From the NCBI GenBank assembly GCA_963789715.1, contig CAWBLQ010000012.1:132333-196332 (forward strand): a stretch of 64,000 bases of DNA. The letters run 5' to 3'. The notes beneath the pieces are model-generated. The model ran no database searches and was not told where the DNA came from. It saw only the letters and a program-made list of their open reading frames with translations. The stretch is from Candidatus Binataceae bacterium. Lineage in GTDB: Bacteria; Desulfobacterota; Binatia; Binatales; Binataceae. The stretch's first letter is position 1. Each line of letters opens with the position of its first letter. This document shows positions 8,178 through 17,501 of this stretch, in pieces. The translations under genes and the position numbers were made by a program.

Positions 8178-10259
8178 ATGCGGTCTTTCAATTTGATCCT
8201 GTCGGCGATAGTTGCGACAGCGCTTGGTGGGTCGATCGCGCGCGCGGAAGCGCCCGCCTCCGCGCCGTCGCAAGCGCAAACTCAGGGCCGGAAGTCTTCG
8301 CCGGCAAAGAAGAAAGCCCATCAGCAAGCGACACAGTCGGGCAAGCAGGAGGCGCAGCGGCTGAGTCCGGTGGTCGTTACCGCGACGCGAATCCCGCAGC
8401 CAATCGGCGAGATCGGTACGACGATCACGGTAGTCGAGGATCCTGAAATCCAGGAGCAGAAGATCCAGCGCGTCGCGGACGTGCTGCGGCAAGTGCCGGG
8501 CGTGCAGGTCACCCAAAGCGGATCGCCCGGCTCGGTGACCGACGTGTCTATTCGCGGCGCGACGCCGTCGCAGACGCTGGTGCTCGTCGATGGAGTCGAA
8601 GTCAACGCGGGCGCGACCGGCAGCTTCGACCTTGGCAACCTGACGACGGACAATTTAGATCGCGTCGAGATTTTGCGCGGCGCGGGCGGTTCGCTATACG
8701 GATCGCAAGCGATTGGCGGGGTCGTCAACGTGCTGTCGCAGGAGGGCGAGGGTCCGCCGACGGCGAGCCTGCTTTCCGGGGGCGGCAATCGCGCGAGCAG
8801 CCAGCAGGTCGCGAATGTGAGCGGCGCCGCGGGAAATCTCGGCTACTCGGGCGCGGTGTCGTACTTCTCGACTGACGGGTATCGGCCGGTCAACGACAAC
8901 TCCGACGACCTGGCGCTCAACGGGCGGCTCGATTATCACCTCGGCGACGACACCGTGATTCGCGGCTTTGCGCGTTATATCGCGTCGAACGTGAGCCTGC
9001 CCAACTTCCTGGTGTTCGACGGCGTGCCGCTCGATCGTACGGCGCATCAGCGCAACGAGTTCATGCTGTACAAAGGCGAAGTCGAGCATCACTTCGGCGA
9101 CAAGCTGCTCGCGCGGGCGAGCGCGTCGTTCGTGCGGCAGGACCTGCGGGTGAACGCGCCTCCGTTTCCAGGCGGCATCGTATTCGGCGTGCCCTACTTC
9201 GAGACGGATTCGATTCCGGAGGAGACGCGCGGCGGGAACGCGGAGGCGATCTACACGTGGGCGCCCGGCTTCCGCACGCTGGCGGGCTTCGATTCTCTGG
9301 ATCGCTGGCTGCGCACGGACAGCTCGTGCAGTTTTTGCGATCCAATTCCGCCGTTCGCGGCCGGGGTGAGCAAATTCCACGCGCGGCGCCAGGAGTACGC
9401 CGGCTACGTCGAGCAGGAGGGCAGTTTTGTAAACGGTCACGTGCTGGTCACCGGCGGATTTCGCGTCGATGGCAACAGCCAGTTCGGCGAGGAGGTCAGC
9501 CCGGCGTGGTCGATTGCGATTCCGATCACAAAAATCTCGACAACGTTGCGCGGCAGCTACACTGAAGGCTTTCGCGCGCCGGCATTCAACGAGCTATACT
9601 TCCCGGACTTCGGCAATCCGAATCTGAAGCCGGAGATTTCGAGCGAGTACGACGGCGGATTCACGACCAACTTCGGCGAGCGCGCGTCTTTCACCGCGAC
9701 CTACTTCTCGCGCCGGGTGAAGAACCTGGTCGTCACCGTGCCGTGCAAGACGTGTGTCTTCGGATCGGAAGCGGGCAACGCGTCGCGGGTGGATGTGCAA
9801 GGCGTCGAGATCGTGCCGAGTGTCACGCTCGCCAAGGGACTGACCTTCAGCGGCAACGTGACGGTGCTGGACGAGACCCACGTGGACGATCAACCTGGGA
9901 CAGCGGCGGCGCCGGCGCCCGCGCCGCTGCGGGTGGCGAAGCATACGGCGTCGGCGCTGCTGCAATACGTGCGGGGCGGGAATTTTCTGGCGCATGATAA
10001 AATCACGGCAAGCGTGAATTACATCTTCGTCGGCGACCGCGACGACATCACGATACAATCCACGGTCGCGAATCACTCGGCGTACAACCTGGTCAACGCG
10101 GTGGTGTCGTACGCGATTGGAATCCCGCTACGCCAGGTGCGCAACGAGGAGGTTTTCGCGCGCGTGAACAACCTGATGGATCGCGACTACTCGCAGGCGT
10201 TCGGCTTCAAGGCGCCGACGATTAACGTGCTGGCGGGAGTGCAGCTGGATTTCGAGTAG
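8178..10259 (+). CDS. btuB: TonB-dependent vitamin B12 receptor
   Basis: Signal peptide, VVVTATR TonB box, plug motif RVEILRG.GGSLYGSQAIGGVVN, GFRAP.FNELY; downstream of the B12 riboswitch. Confidence 0.88.
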   Translation: MRSFNLILSAIVATALGGSIARAEAPASAPSQAQTQGRKSSPAKKKAHQQATQSGKQEAQRLSPVVVTATRIPQPIGEIGTTITVVEDPEIQEQKIQRVADVLRQVPGVQVTQSGSPGSVTDVSIRGATPSQTLVLVDGVEVNAGATGSFDLGNLTTDNLDRVEILRGAGGSLYGSQAIGGVVNVLSQEGEGPPTASLLSGGGNRASSQQVANVSGAAGNLGYSGAVSYFSTDGYRPVNDNSDDLALNGRLDYHLGDDTVIRGFARYIASNVSLPNFLVFDGVPLDRTAHQRNEFMLYKGEVEHHFGDKLLARASASFVRQDLRVNAPPFPGGIVFGVPYFETDSIPEETRGGNAEAIYTWAPGFRTLAGFDSLDRWLRTDSSCSFCDPIPPFAAGVSKFHARRQEYAGYVEQEGSFVNGHVLVTGGFRVDGNSQFGEEVSPAWSIAIPITKISTTLRGSYTEGFRAPAFNELYFPDFGNPNLKPEISSEYDGGFTTNFGERASFTATYFSRRVKNLVVTVPCKTCVFGSEAGNASRVDVQGVEIVPSVTLAKGLTFSGNVTVLDETHVDDQPGTAAAPAPAPLRVAKHTASALLQYVRGGNFLAHDKITASVNYIFVGDRDDITIQSTVANHSAYNLVNAVVSYAIGIPLRQVRNEEVFARVNNLMDRDYSQAFGFKAPTINVLAGVQLDFE

Positions 10260-10272
10260 CGCCGCGCGCGGG

Positions 10273-13239
10273 TCAGCGGGCGATCGTCTGCTCGGCGGCG
10301 AAGTATCGATCGAAGATTGCGCGGATTCGATCGCGGCGCGCGGCCAGCTCGGCGAGCATCCGCGCCGCGCCGTCCGCGCCTTCGAAGCCCATCCGGCGCG
10401 CCAGCGGGCGCAGGCCGGCGGCGGAGGTCGGGATAGCCCAGGCGGGCTGATCGCTCTCGATGCGCAGCCGATTTTCCAGACGCGACAGGAAACGGTAGTC
10501 GTCTTCGAGCACGGCAGCGTCGGCGGCCGTCAGCAGACGGAGCCCGTCGAGCGCCTCGAGCAAGCCCATCGTGTCGCGAACGCGCAGCTCGGGATGGCGA
10601 TGGCCGTGACCGAGCGCCATCATTTGCGCGAGGAACTCGACGTCCACCAGGCCGCCGCGACCCTGCTTGATGTTGAGACGGGTCTTGTCCTCGGCGCCGA
10701 TCTCATTCTGCATCCGCCGGCGCATCGCGGCAATCTGGCCGACCTCGGCCGGCGTCAGTCCGCGGCCGTACACAAATTCCTGGCGCGCCGCTTCGACTTC
10801 GCGGCCCAGCTCCGGGTCGCCGGTGATCACGCGCGCGCGCACCAGCGCCTGCCGCTCCCAGACCTCCGAACTTTGCCGATGATAGTCGCGAAACCCCGCG
10901 AGCGACGTGACCAGCGGGCCCGCGTTGCCCGACGGGCGCAGGCGCAGGTCGAGCTTGTAGGCGTAGCCCTCGCGGGTGCGCGATTCGAGGATTGCGATCA
11001 ACTTTTGCGTGATTCGCGACGCGATTTCCCGGCTGCCGGCGGCGACTTCCGCGCGGTCGTCGTAGACAAAGATCAGATCGAGGTCGGAGTTGTACGACAT
11101 TTCGCCGGCGCCGAGCCGGCCCATCGCAATCGCGCACAGGCGCATCGTGGCGGGAATCGCGAAGCGCGCCTCGGTCTGAATCCGCGCGAGCGACATCGCC
11201 TCGTCCAGCACGGTTTCGGCCAGGGTGGTGAGCTCGCGTTCGACGTCGAAGAGTTCGAGATCGCCGGCGAGGTCGGCGATCGCGATGCGCAGGAATTCCT
11301 GATGGCGAAATGCGCGGAGCGCGTCGAGCTTGCTTTCGAAGTCCGGACTCGCCGCGATCAAGCCCGCCAACTCTTCGCGCAGCTCGGACGGACTGCGCCG
11401 GGTCGCCGCGAGATCGGAGCGCACGAGAGTATCGAGCATGTCGGGATGGCGGATGAAGATGGTCGAGAGGTAGGCGCTGGAGGCGAACAGCCGCAGCAGG
11501 ATGCGCCGGGTCGCGGGATGCTGCTCGAGCAGCGCGAGGAACGAAGTCCGCGCGCCGACGGCGGCGATGAACTCGGCGAGATTCATCAGCGCGAGGTCGG
11601 GATCGGGCAGCCGGCTGATCTCGTCGATCAGCATCGCGCCGAGCCGCTCGAGCAGCTCGCGCCGGCGCGGGCTGGTCGGGGCGTGGGAGGGTCCGCGTGC
11701 GAGCAGCTCGAGATGGCGCGCGCTTTCGTCGGCGCGCGCAAAGCCGAGCTCGCGGAGGTAGCGAGTCGAGGAATCGGGATCGAGCGCCGAGTTCCACGCC
11801 AATTCCGCGGCGGAGGAGACCGAGCGGGTTGACTCATCGTCGCCGCCGGCGAGCGTCTCGCGGAATTGGAGCTCTATAAGCGCGCGATGCGATTTCAGTT
11901 GCGCGCCGAATTTGTGGCGCGCGCGAGGCCCCTTGCCGAAACCCATTCGCGCCGCCAGCGCGCGCATCCCGTCGTCATCGGCGGGCAGCACGTGGGTCTG
12001 CAGGCCGGCGACGATTTGCAGCTTGTGCTCGACGTCGCGCAGGAACAGGTACGCGTCGGAAAGTTCGCGCGCGCTCTCTGACGGCAGATAGCCGAGCGCG
12101 TCGAGCTTTGCGAGCGCCGCGACCGTCTGCTCAATGCGCAGCCGAGGATCGCGTCCGCCGTAAATCAGAGTGAGGGCCTGCACGATGAATTCGAGCTCGC
12201 GGATTCCGCCGCGGCCGAGCTTGATGTTGCGTTCGATCATCGCGGGCGTTTTCAGCTCCGCCTCGATCTGATGCTTCATCGCGCGCAACTGGCGCAGCGT
12301 GTCGAAGTCGAGGTAGGTGCGGAACACGAAGTGATTGAGCTCGGCGCGCAATTGATGGCCGATTTCGAGTGCGCCCGCGACCGGCCGCGCGCGCAGCAGG
12401 GCAGCCCGTTCCCAGGTCTCGCCGAGGTTCTCGTAATAGTTGATCGCACCGTCGATCGGCGTAACCAGCGGCGCGGAACGGCCGCCGGGCCGGAGGCGCA
12501 GATCGATTCGAAAGCATCGCGCGGACAAAATTTCAGTGAACCATTCGCCCAGGCGCGCCGCCGCTTCGGAACTGACCGCCGAACCCGAGGACGCGTGAAG
12601 ATAAACCAAATCGACGTCCGAGCTGAGGTTCAGTTCGCGCCCGCCCAGCTTGCCCATCGCCAGGATGCAAAACCGCCCGATCACGCGCGCACGTTCGCCG
12701 AGAAAGCGGGTGGCGAGCTCGAGCGCGGTGCGGATGCATTGGTCGGCCAGCTCCGACATCGCCAGCGCCGTTTCGCCGACGCTCAGCCGGTCGAGCAGAT
12801 CGGCAATCGCCACCTGGACCATCATGCGGCGCATGAAGCGGCCGAGCACCGCGGCCGCGGCCGGCCGGTCCGGAGCGTCGATCCGGGCGCGTTCCGTGCG
12901 CATCGCAGCGACGAGGCCGTCGATCGTCTGCGCGCGCGCGTCGAGGAAAATTTCGGCCCATCCGGGTCCGGCCAACGACAGCTCAGTCGCAATCAGCTCC
13001 GACGAGCCGAGGCAGAAGACCAGGTCGCCGCCGGCGGCGCGATCGCGCAGCACGTCCTTCAGCGCGGCGGCGGAATTTTCGGCGAGCCTGGTTAGAAATG
13101 CGAGCGCCAACTGGTCGTCGGGCGCGCGCTCCTTGACGGCGGCCAGCGCGTGGTGCGCGAGGCGTTCGTTGCCCAGCCTGTCCTTAAGCCTGTTGGCAAG
13201 GATTGCGAGCTGCGGGGATTGCGCGACGGTGCGTGGCAT
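10273..13239 (-). CDS. glnE: Glutamine synthetase adenylyltransferase / adenylyl-removing enzyme
   Basis: Two nucleotidyltransferase domains (MGKLGGRELNLSSDVDL; MGRLGAGEMSYNSDLDL), DLRLRP twice, WER.AL.RAR, IKLGRGGIRELEF. Start uncertain (13239 or 13266). Confidence 0.93.
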   Translation of the reverse strand: MPRTVAQSPQLAILANRLKDRLGNERLAHHALAAVKERAPDDQLALAFLTRLAENSAAALKDVLRDRAAGGDLVFCLGSSELIATELSLAGPGWAEIFLDARAQTIDGLVAAMRTERARIDAPDRPAAAAVLGRFMRRMMVQVAIADLLDRLSVGETALAMSELADQCIRTALELATRFLGERARVIGRFCILAMGKLGGRELNLSSDVDLVYLHASSGSAVSSEAAARLGEWFTEILSARCFRIDLRLRPGGRSAPLVTPIDGAINYYENLGETWERAALLRARPVAGALEIGHQLRAELNHFVFRTYLDFDTLRQLRAMKHQIEAELKTPAMIERNIKLGRGGIRELEFIVQALTLIYGGRDPRLRIEQTVAALAKLDALGYLPSESARELSDAYLFLRDVEHKLQIVAGLQTHVLPADDDGMRALAARMGFGKGPRARHKFGAQLKSHRALIELQFRETLAGGDDESTRSVSSAAELAWNSALDPDSSTRYLRELGFARADESARHLELLARGPSHAPTSPRRRELLERLGAMLIDEISRLPDPDLALMNLAEFIAAVGARTSFLALLEQHPATRRILLRLFASSAYLSTIFIRHPDMLDTLVRSDLAATRRSPSELREELAGLIAASPDFESKLDALRAFRHQEFLRIAIADLAGDLELFDVERELTTLAETVLDEAMSLARIQTEARFAIPATMRLCAIAMGRLGAGEMSYNSDLDLIFVYDDRAEVAAGSREIASRITQKLIAILESRTREGYAYKLDLRLRPSGNAGPLVTSLAGFRDYHRQSSEVWERQALVRARVITGDPELGREVEAARQEFVYGRGLTPAEVGQIAAMRRRMQNEIGAEDKTRLNIKQGRGGLVDVEFLAQMMALGHGHRHPELRVRDTMGLLEALDGLRLLTAADAAVLEDDYRFLSRLENRLRIESDQPAWAIPTSAAGLRPLARRMGFEGADGAARMLAELAARRDRIRAIFDRYFAAEQTIAR

Positions 13240-13304
13240 CACCTGAACGATAACAGACGCGGCCATGCGCGCGCCGCAAGATTGCGACGGCCCGGCTGCG
13301 GCGG

Positions 13305-14405
13305 TCAGGTATTCTGCGCGACAGTCTTTTTCGAATGACGGGTCTTCGACGAAGTGGAAATATGGCGAGCGTGTGAGGCGTGCGACTTCCGCGCGCGTCT
13401 GGGCGCGAAGTCCGCCTTGATCGGCGAGGGCCGAATGGCGGGCTCGTCCTCGATGCCGGGGAAGTACTTGTCCTCGTCGCGATGCACCTGCAAGGCGGCA
13501 AGGAACTCCGCGTAGTAGTTCTTCACGGCAAAGCCGAAATGCGGCCCCTGGTAGTGCTGGACCATCTCCGAATAGTCGCCGCCGTAGATTCCGGCCGCGC
13601 GCGCCACTCCACCGGTGCCGTAATTGTATGCCGTAATCGCCAGCGGCCAATCGCCGAGCGTGTCGTAGTTGGAGCGCAGCAGCTTGGCGGCGGCGAGCGT
13701 CTCGCGCTCCGGAATCAGGCGGTCGTCGTGATAGCGCGTGATCCTCATGTAGTGCTTGCCGGTGTCGCGGGTGAACTGCCAGATTCCGACCGCGCCGGCG
13801 CTCGAGCGCGAAGCGCCGTAGAAGCCCGACTCGACGTGCGCTAGCGTCACCAGCTCGGGCGGGAGTCCGGCGCTGCGGAAAATCCGCTCCATCGTGGGCA
13901 TGTAGTAGCGGCTGCGGAGCAGGCCCTCGCGGAATTGTTCGCGCAGCCCTTCCTGCACGCGCAGGTTTTGCGCGGCCGCGGCATAGGCGCTCGGCGACTC
14001 GCCCTTGAACATCGCGGCGACTTCACGCTCTTCGTAGGTGGCAGGTTCGCGTCCCGACGCGAGCCGATTCAGAATGTCGCCGTATTTTATCTTGAGGTAA
14101 GAGTTCGCCCACTCGACGTCGCTGCGGGTCGGCTCGCCGTCACCGGGAAGATTGAAGACGTGGTAGATGCGCCCGACGTTGTCGCGATCGAGGATCACGA
14201 AGTCGCGCTCGGAGTACTTGGTGAAGACATCGACCCAGAAATCCACGTTGGGCTCGATCGATGCAGGACGGGGGAATGGGAGCTTGGTCTCCGACCGCGC
14301 GTCGGGCGCGGCGGCGACAAATGCAATCACGAGCGTGAGCGCCGCGAGTGCCTTTGCGATTCGGTTTGCGGACAACCTGGTTCCGGACAAGGCCTTCTCC
14401 ACCAC
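13305..14405 (-). CDS. Lytic transglycosylase (SLT/MltD-like, no LysM seen)
   Basis: LAHVESGF, SSAGAVGIWQF, LAITAYNYG; signal peptide; basic C-terminal tail. Confidence 0.88.
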   Translation of the reverse strand: MVEKALSGTRLSANRIAKALAALTLVIAFVAAAPDARSETKLPFPRPASIEPNVDFWVDVFTKYSERDFVILDRDNVGRIYHVFNLPGDGEPTRSDVEWANSYLKIKYGDILNRLASGREPATYEEREVAAMFKGESPSAYAAAAQNLRVQEGLREQFREGLLRSRYYMPTMERIFRSAGLPPELVTLAHVESGFYGASRSSAGAVGIWQFTRDTGKHYMRITRYHDDRLIPERETLAAAKLLRSNYDTLGDWPLAITAYNYGTGGVARAAGIYGGDYSEMVQHYQGPHFGFAVKNYYAEFLAALQVHRDEDKYFPGIEDEPAIRPSPIKADFAPRRARKSHASHARHISTSSKTRHSKKTVAQNT

Positions 14406-14507
14406 GAAACAGACCCTATGAATTACCCGCCAATGCCTCTGTAGTCAACAAATTTGATGCCTGGCAATGGGCATCCTCTGGTGCTGGAGTGGACAAAAGC
14501 GCCGGAT

Positions 14508-15491
14508 TTATTCGCCGCGCGATTGGAACGGGCGCGAAGCAAACTGGTTGGTCGCGCGGATCAGTTCCGCCGCGATGCCGGTGTTGGATGCGTCGTGCCC
14601 GGCGCCGTCGACGATCACGAGCCTGGCGCGCGGCCATGCGCACTTGAGATCCCATGCCCAGCCGATGGGCGCCTGAAAATCAAAACGACCGTTTACCAAG
14701 ACGCCGGGGATGTCGGCAATCGCGGCGGCGTCGCGCAGGATGCTCCCGTCCTCGAGCCACGCATAGTGGAGGACGTAGTGGGTCACGATGCGCGCAAACG
14801 CGAGTGCGTAGGCGGGATCTCTGAACCGCGGCGACAGTCCGTGAGCTGGAGGCCAGGCCGGGGTCGCGGACTCCCACGTGCACCACGCCTGGGCGGCCTG
14901 ATTGCGAATCGTCGCGTCGGCGTCGTGCAGCAGTCGATGGTAGGCCTCGACGATATCGCAATCGCGCAGAGCGGCTGGAACGGCGGCGCGCAGACGCTCC
15001 CAATCCTCGGGGAACAGGATGGCCACGCCGCCGCGGAATGACCAGTCGAACTCCTTGTGGCGACCAGTGGTGACGCCAAACAAAACGATCTCCGTGACGC
15101 GATTGGGGTGCCGCTCCGCGTAGGCGAGCGCCAGGGTGCTGCCCCAGGAGCCGCCCAACAACAGCCAGCGATCGACGCCGAGGTGCTGACGCAGTCGCTC
15201 GAGGTCCGCGATGAGGTTGATGGTGGTGTTGCTCGCGAGATCGGTATCGGTTGCGCTCGCGTGCGGCGTGCTGCGGCCGCAATTGCGCTGATCGAACAGC
15301 ACGATGCGATAGGCGGCGGGATCGAACAGCCTGCGATGCCACGGCGTGCATCCTGAGCCGGGACCGCCGTGGATGACGACGGCCGGCTTGCCGCGCGGAT
15401 TGCCGCACGTCTCCCAGTACACGCGATTGCCGTCGCCGACTTCCAACATGCCGTAATCGTAGGGTTTGATGGCTGGATACAGTTCTGTCAT
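14508..15491 (-). CDS. pip: Prolyl aminopeptidase
   Basis: HGGPGSG, FDQRNCGRSTPHA, GGSWGSTLALAYA, AGH. Confidence 0.92.
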   Translation of the reverse strand: MTELYPAIKPYDYGMLEVGDGNRVYWETCGNPRGKPAVVIHGGPGSGCTPWHRRLFDPAAYRIVLFDQRNCGRSTPHASATDTDLASNTTINLIADLERLRQHLGVDRWLLLGGSWGSTLALAYAERHPNRVTEIVLFGVTTGRHKEFDWSFRGGVAILFPEDWERLRAAVPAALRDCDIVEAYHRLLHDADATIRNQAAQAWCTWESATPAWPPAHGLSPRFRDPAYALAFARIVTHYVLHYAWLEDGSILRDAAAIADIPGVLVNGRFDFQAPIGWAWDLKCAWPRARLVIVDGAGHDASNTGIAAELIRATNQFASRPFQSRGE

Positions 15492-15557
15492 GAGGGATTT
15501 GCCGCCTTACTTACTTTCGCACCAACCGGGTTTTTTGCAAAAGCGGTGTTCACTCTC

Positions 15558-15615
15558 TTGACAGAATCGCGCCGCGGCCGTATGGTGAGCGAGTACTCAC
15601 TGATTATATACTCAG
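15558..15615 (+). promoter_or_regulatory. Sigma70 promoter with tandem TetR-type operators
   Basis: TTGACA, 17 bp, TATGGT. Palindromes GTGAG-N6-CTCAC (15585-15600) and CTGAT-N6-CTCAG (15600-15615). Confidence 0.75.
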
Positions 15616-15633
15616 TAAACGGCGAAGCGGACG

Positions 15634-16221
15634 ATGCAGGCAGCGACCCGGCGGGAACAGAAAGTGGTGACGCGGGACCGGTTGGTCAACGCGGCCATGG
15701 CGCTGTTCGCGCGCAAGGGGATAGTGGCGACGACCACGGCCGACGTCGCGAGATCGGTGCGCATGTCCCACGGCGTCGTGTTCCTGCATTTTCCCCGGCG
15801 CGACGACCTGGTGATCGCGGTGATCGACGAGTTCGGGCGCCGGCTGGCGGTCGAGTTCCGCCAGGCCTTCGAGCAGAACCTTGGGCTTCGCGCCGTGCTG
15901 CATGCGCATCTGCGGGTGCTGGCGGAGTTCGAGCCCTTTTACGCGCGGCTGGTGACCGAGGCGCCGATGCTGCCGCCGAAAGTGCGCAGCACGCTGATGA
16001 TGCTGCACGCGGCGGTGTCCGCGCGGATGTTCATGGCGCTGGAGCGTGACCGCAAGGCGGGCCGCGCGCGCAAGATCGAGCGGCCGCTGCTGTTCAACAC
16101 CTGGATCGGACTGGTGCATCACTACCTTGTCAATCGGGACGTGTTCGCCACCGGGGCTTCGGTGATCGCCGAGCGCGGCGACACCCTGGTGAATCACTTT
16201 ATGACACTCGTGAGACCGTAA
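15634..16221 (+). CDS. TetR/AcrR family transcriptional regulator
   Basis: N-terminal HTH: AAMALFARKG..TTTADVARSVRMSHGVVFLHF. Confidence 0.9.
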   Translation: MQAATRREQKVVTRDRLVNAAMALFARKGIVATTTADVARSVRMSHGVVFLHFPRRDDLVIAVIDEFGRRLAVEFRQAFEQNLGLRAVLHAHLRVLAEFEPFYARLVTEAPMLPPKVRSTLMMLHAAVSARMFMALERDRKAGRARKIERPLLFNTWIGLVHHYLVNRDVFATGASVIAERGDTLVNHFMTLVRP

Positions 16222-16235
16222 TAGGAGGTAAGACC

Positions 16236-16490
16236 ATGGCCGAAAAATGCCCAGCCTGTGGTTCATGCGGAATGCCGCTGGAGAAGCCCGAGGACTATGC
16301 CCTCGGCGACGTGACGCGCCCCTACTGCCGCTATTGCACCGACGCGCGCGGGGAGCTGTTGCCCTACGAGCAGGTGCTCGAGACCAACGCCCGCTTCTAC
16401 GTCGAGTCGCAGGGCGTCACGCCCGCGGCGGCGAACGCGATGGCGCGCGCGATGCTGGCGGACATGCCCGCGTGGCGCGGTCGAAATTAG
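16236..16490 (+). CDS. Small zinc-ribbon domain protein
   Basis: CGSCGMPL...YCRYC...G...MPAW; strong SD AGGAGG. Confidence 0.8.
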   Translation: MAEKCPACGSCGMPLEKPEDYALGDVTRPYCRYCTDARGELLPYEQVLETNARFYVESQGVTPAAANAMARAMLADMPAWRGRN

Positions 16491-16546
16491 TGGCGCGGTC
16501 GTAACCTAAGATTTGAAGAACGAAAATTCAGGACAAGGAGAGAGTT

Positions 16547-16909
16547 ATGTTCGATCATATCCAGATCAAGGTGAAGGACCTCAAGTCGAGCAAGCGGTTC
16601 TACACGGCCGCGCTGGCGCCGCTGGGATTCAGCGTGCAGTACGAGGGCGACGGAGTCCTGGGCTTCGGGCCCAAAGACGCGCCGGCGTTGTGGCTGGCTG
16701 AGGGCGAGTCGCGCGCACCGGTGCATATCGCATTCGCGGCGAAGAACCGGGCTGCCGTGAAGGAATTCTACGCCGCGGCTCTGCCGGCGGGCGGCAAGGA
16801 CAACGGCAAGCCCGGTCTCAGGCCGCAGTATCACGCCAACTACTACGGCGGGTTCGTGAAGGATCCCGACGGCAATAACATCGAGGCCGTCTGCCACGAC
16901 GAGGAATAG
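16547..16909 (+). CDS. VOC family protein
   Basis: MFDHI, HIAFAA, GGKDNGKPGLRPQYH..YYGGFVKDPDGNNIEAVCH. Confidence 0.9.
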   Translation: MFDHIQIKVKDLKSSKRFYTAALAPLGFSVQYEGDGVLGFGPKDAPALWLAEGESRAPVHIAFAAKNRAAVKEFYAAALPAGGKDNGKPGLRPQYHANYYGGFVKDPDGNNIEAVCHDEE

Positions 16910-16985
16910 CTGAAGGCGCGCGGGACTGCTTTGATCGGTCGCATCCCGGTCATAGCAGTCCCGGACGAGAACCAAGGAGGCTCTT

Positions 16986-17462
16986 ATGACTCTGGAAGGT
17001 GGATGTTCATGCGGAGCTATCCGCTACAAGCTGACCGAAAGCCCGCTCATCGTGCATGCCTGTCACTGCCGGGATTGCCAACGCGTGACCGGCAGCGGAT
17101 TTGTGATCAATATCTGGATCGAGAAGCGATTCGTGGAAAGCACTGGCGCGACTCCGAAGTCAGTCAGACTCAAGGGCGGCACCGGCAAGGATCACGAGGC
17201 GTTCTTCTGCGACAAGTGCGGCACCTACGTATGGAGTCGCTACCAGGTCGCGCCCGGCGGCGATGCTTTGTTCGTTCGGGCAGGGACGCTGGATAACCCG
17301 GACGCGGTGACGCCCGATGTTCACATCTTCACGAGGAGCAAGCTGCCTTGGCTGAGACTTCCGGAAGGTGCGACGGCGTTCGAAACGGGCTACAAGGTGG
17401 ATGACGTGTGGCCGGAGGACAAAAAGGAGCGTCTGCGCCGCAACGTCGCTGCGCAGAGCTAG
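16986..17462 (+). CDS. GFA (glutathione-dependent formaldehyde-activating / CENP-V) family protein
   Basis: GGCSCGAIRY, CHCRDCQR, FCDKCGT, HIFTRSKLPW. Confidence 0.9.
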   Translation: MTLEGGCSCGAIRYKLTESPLIVHACHCRDCQRVTGSGFVINIWIEKRFVESTGATPKSVRLKGGTGKDHEAFFCDKCGTYVWSRYQVAPGGDALFVRAGTLDNPDAVTPDVHIFTRSKLPWLRLPEGATAFETGYKVDDVWPEDKKERLRRNVAAQS

Positions 17463-17501
17463 TCGCGATCGTTGCTCAACGTGTAGCTGATATCGAGCTT
17501 G

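Noticed and set aside
13240-13650. N-terminal extension of glnE overlapping the lytic transglycosylase gene
   Set aside because: It is an alternative-frame read of the upstream gene's 3' end; GlnE-like sequence begins near 13239.
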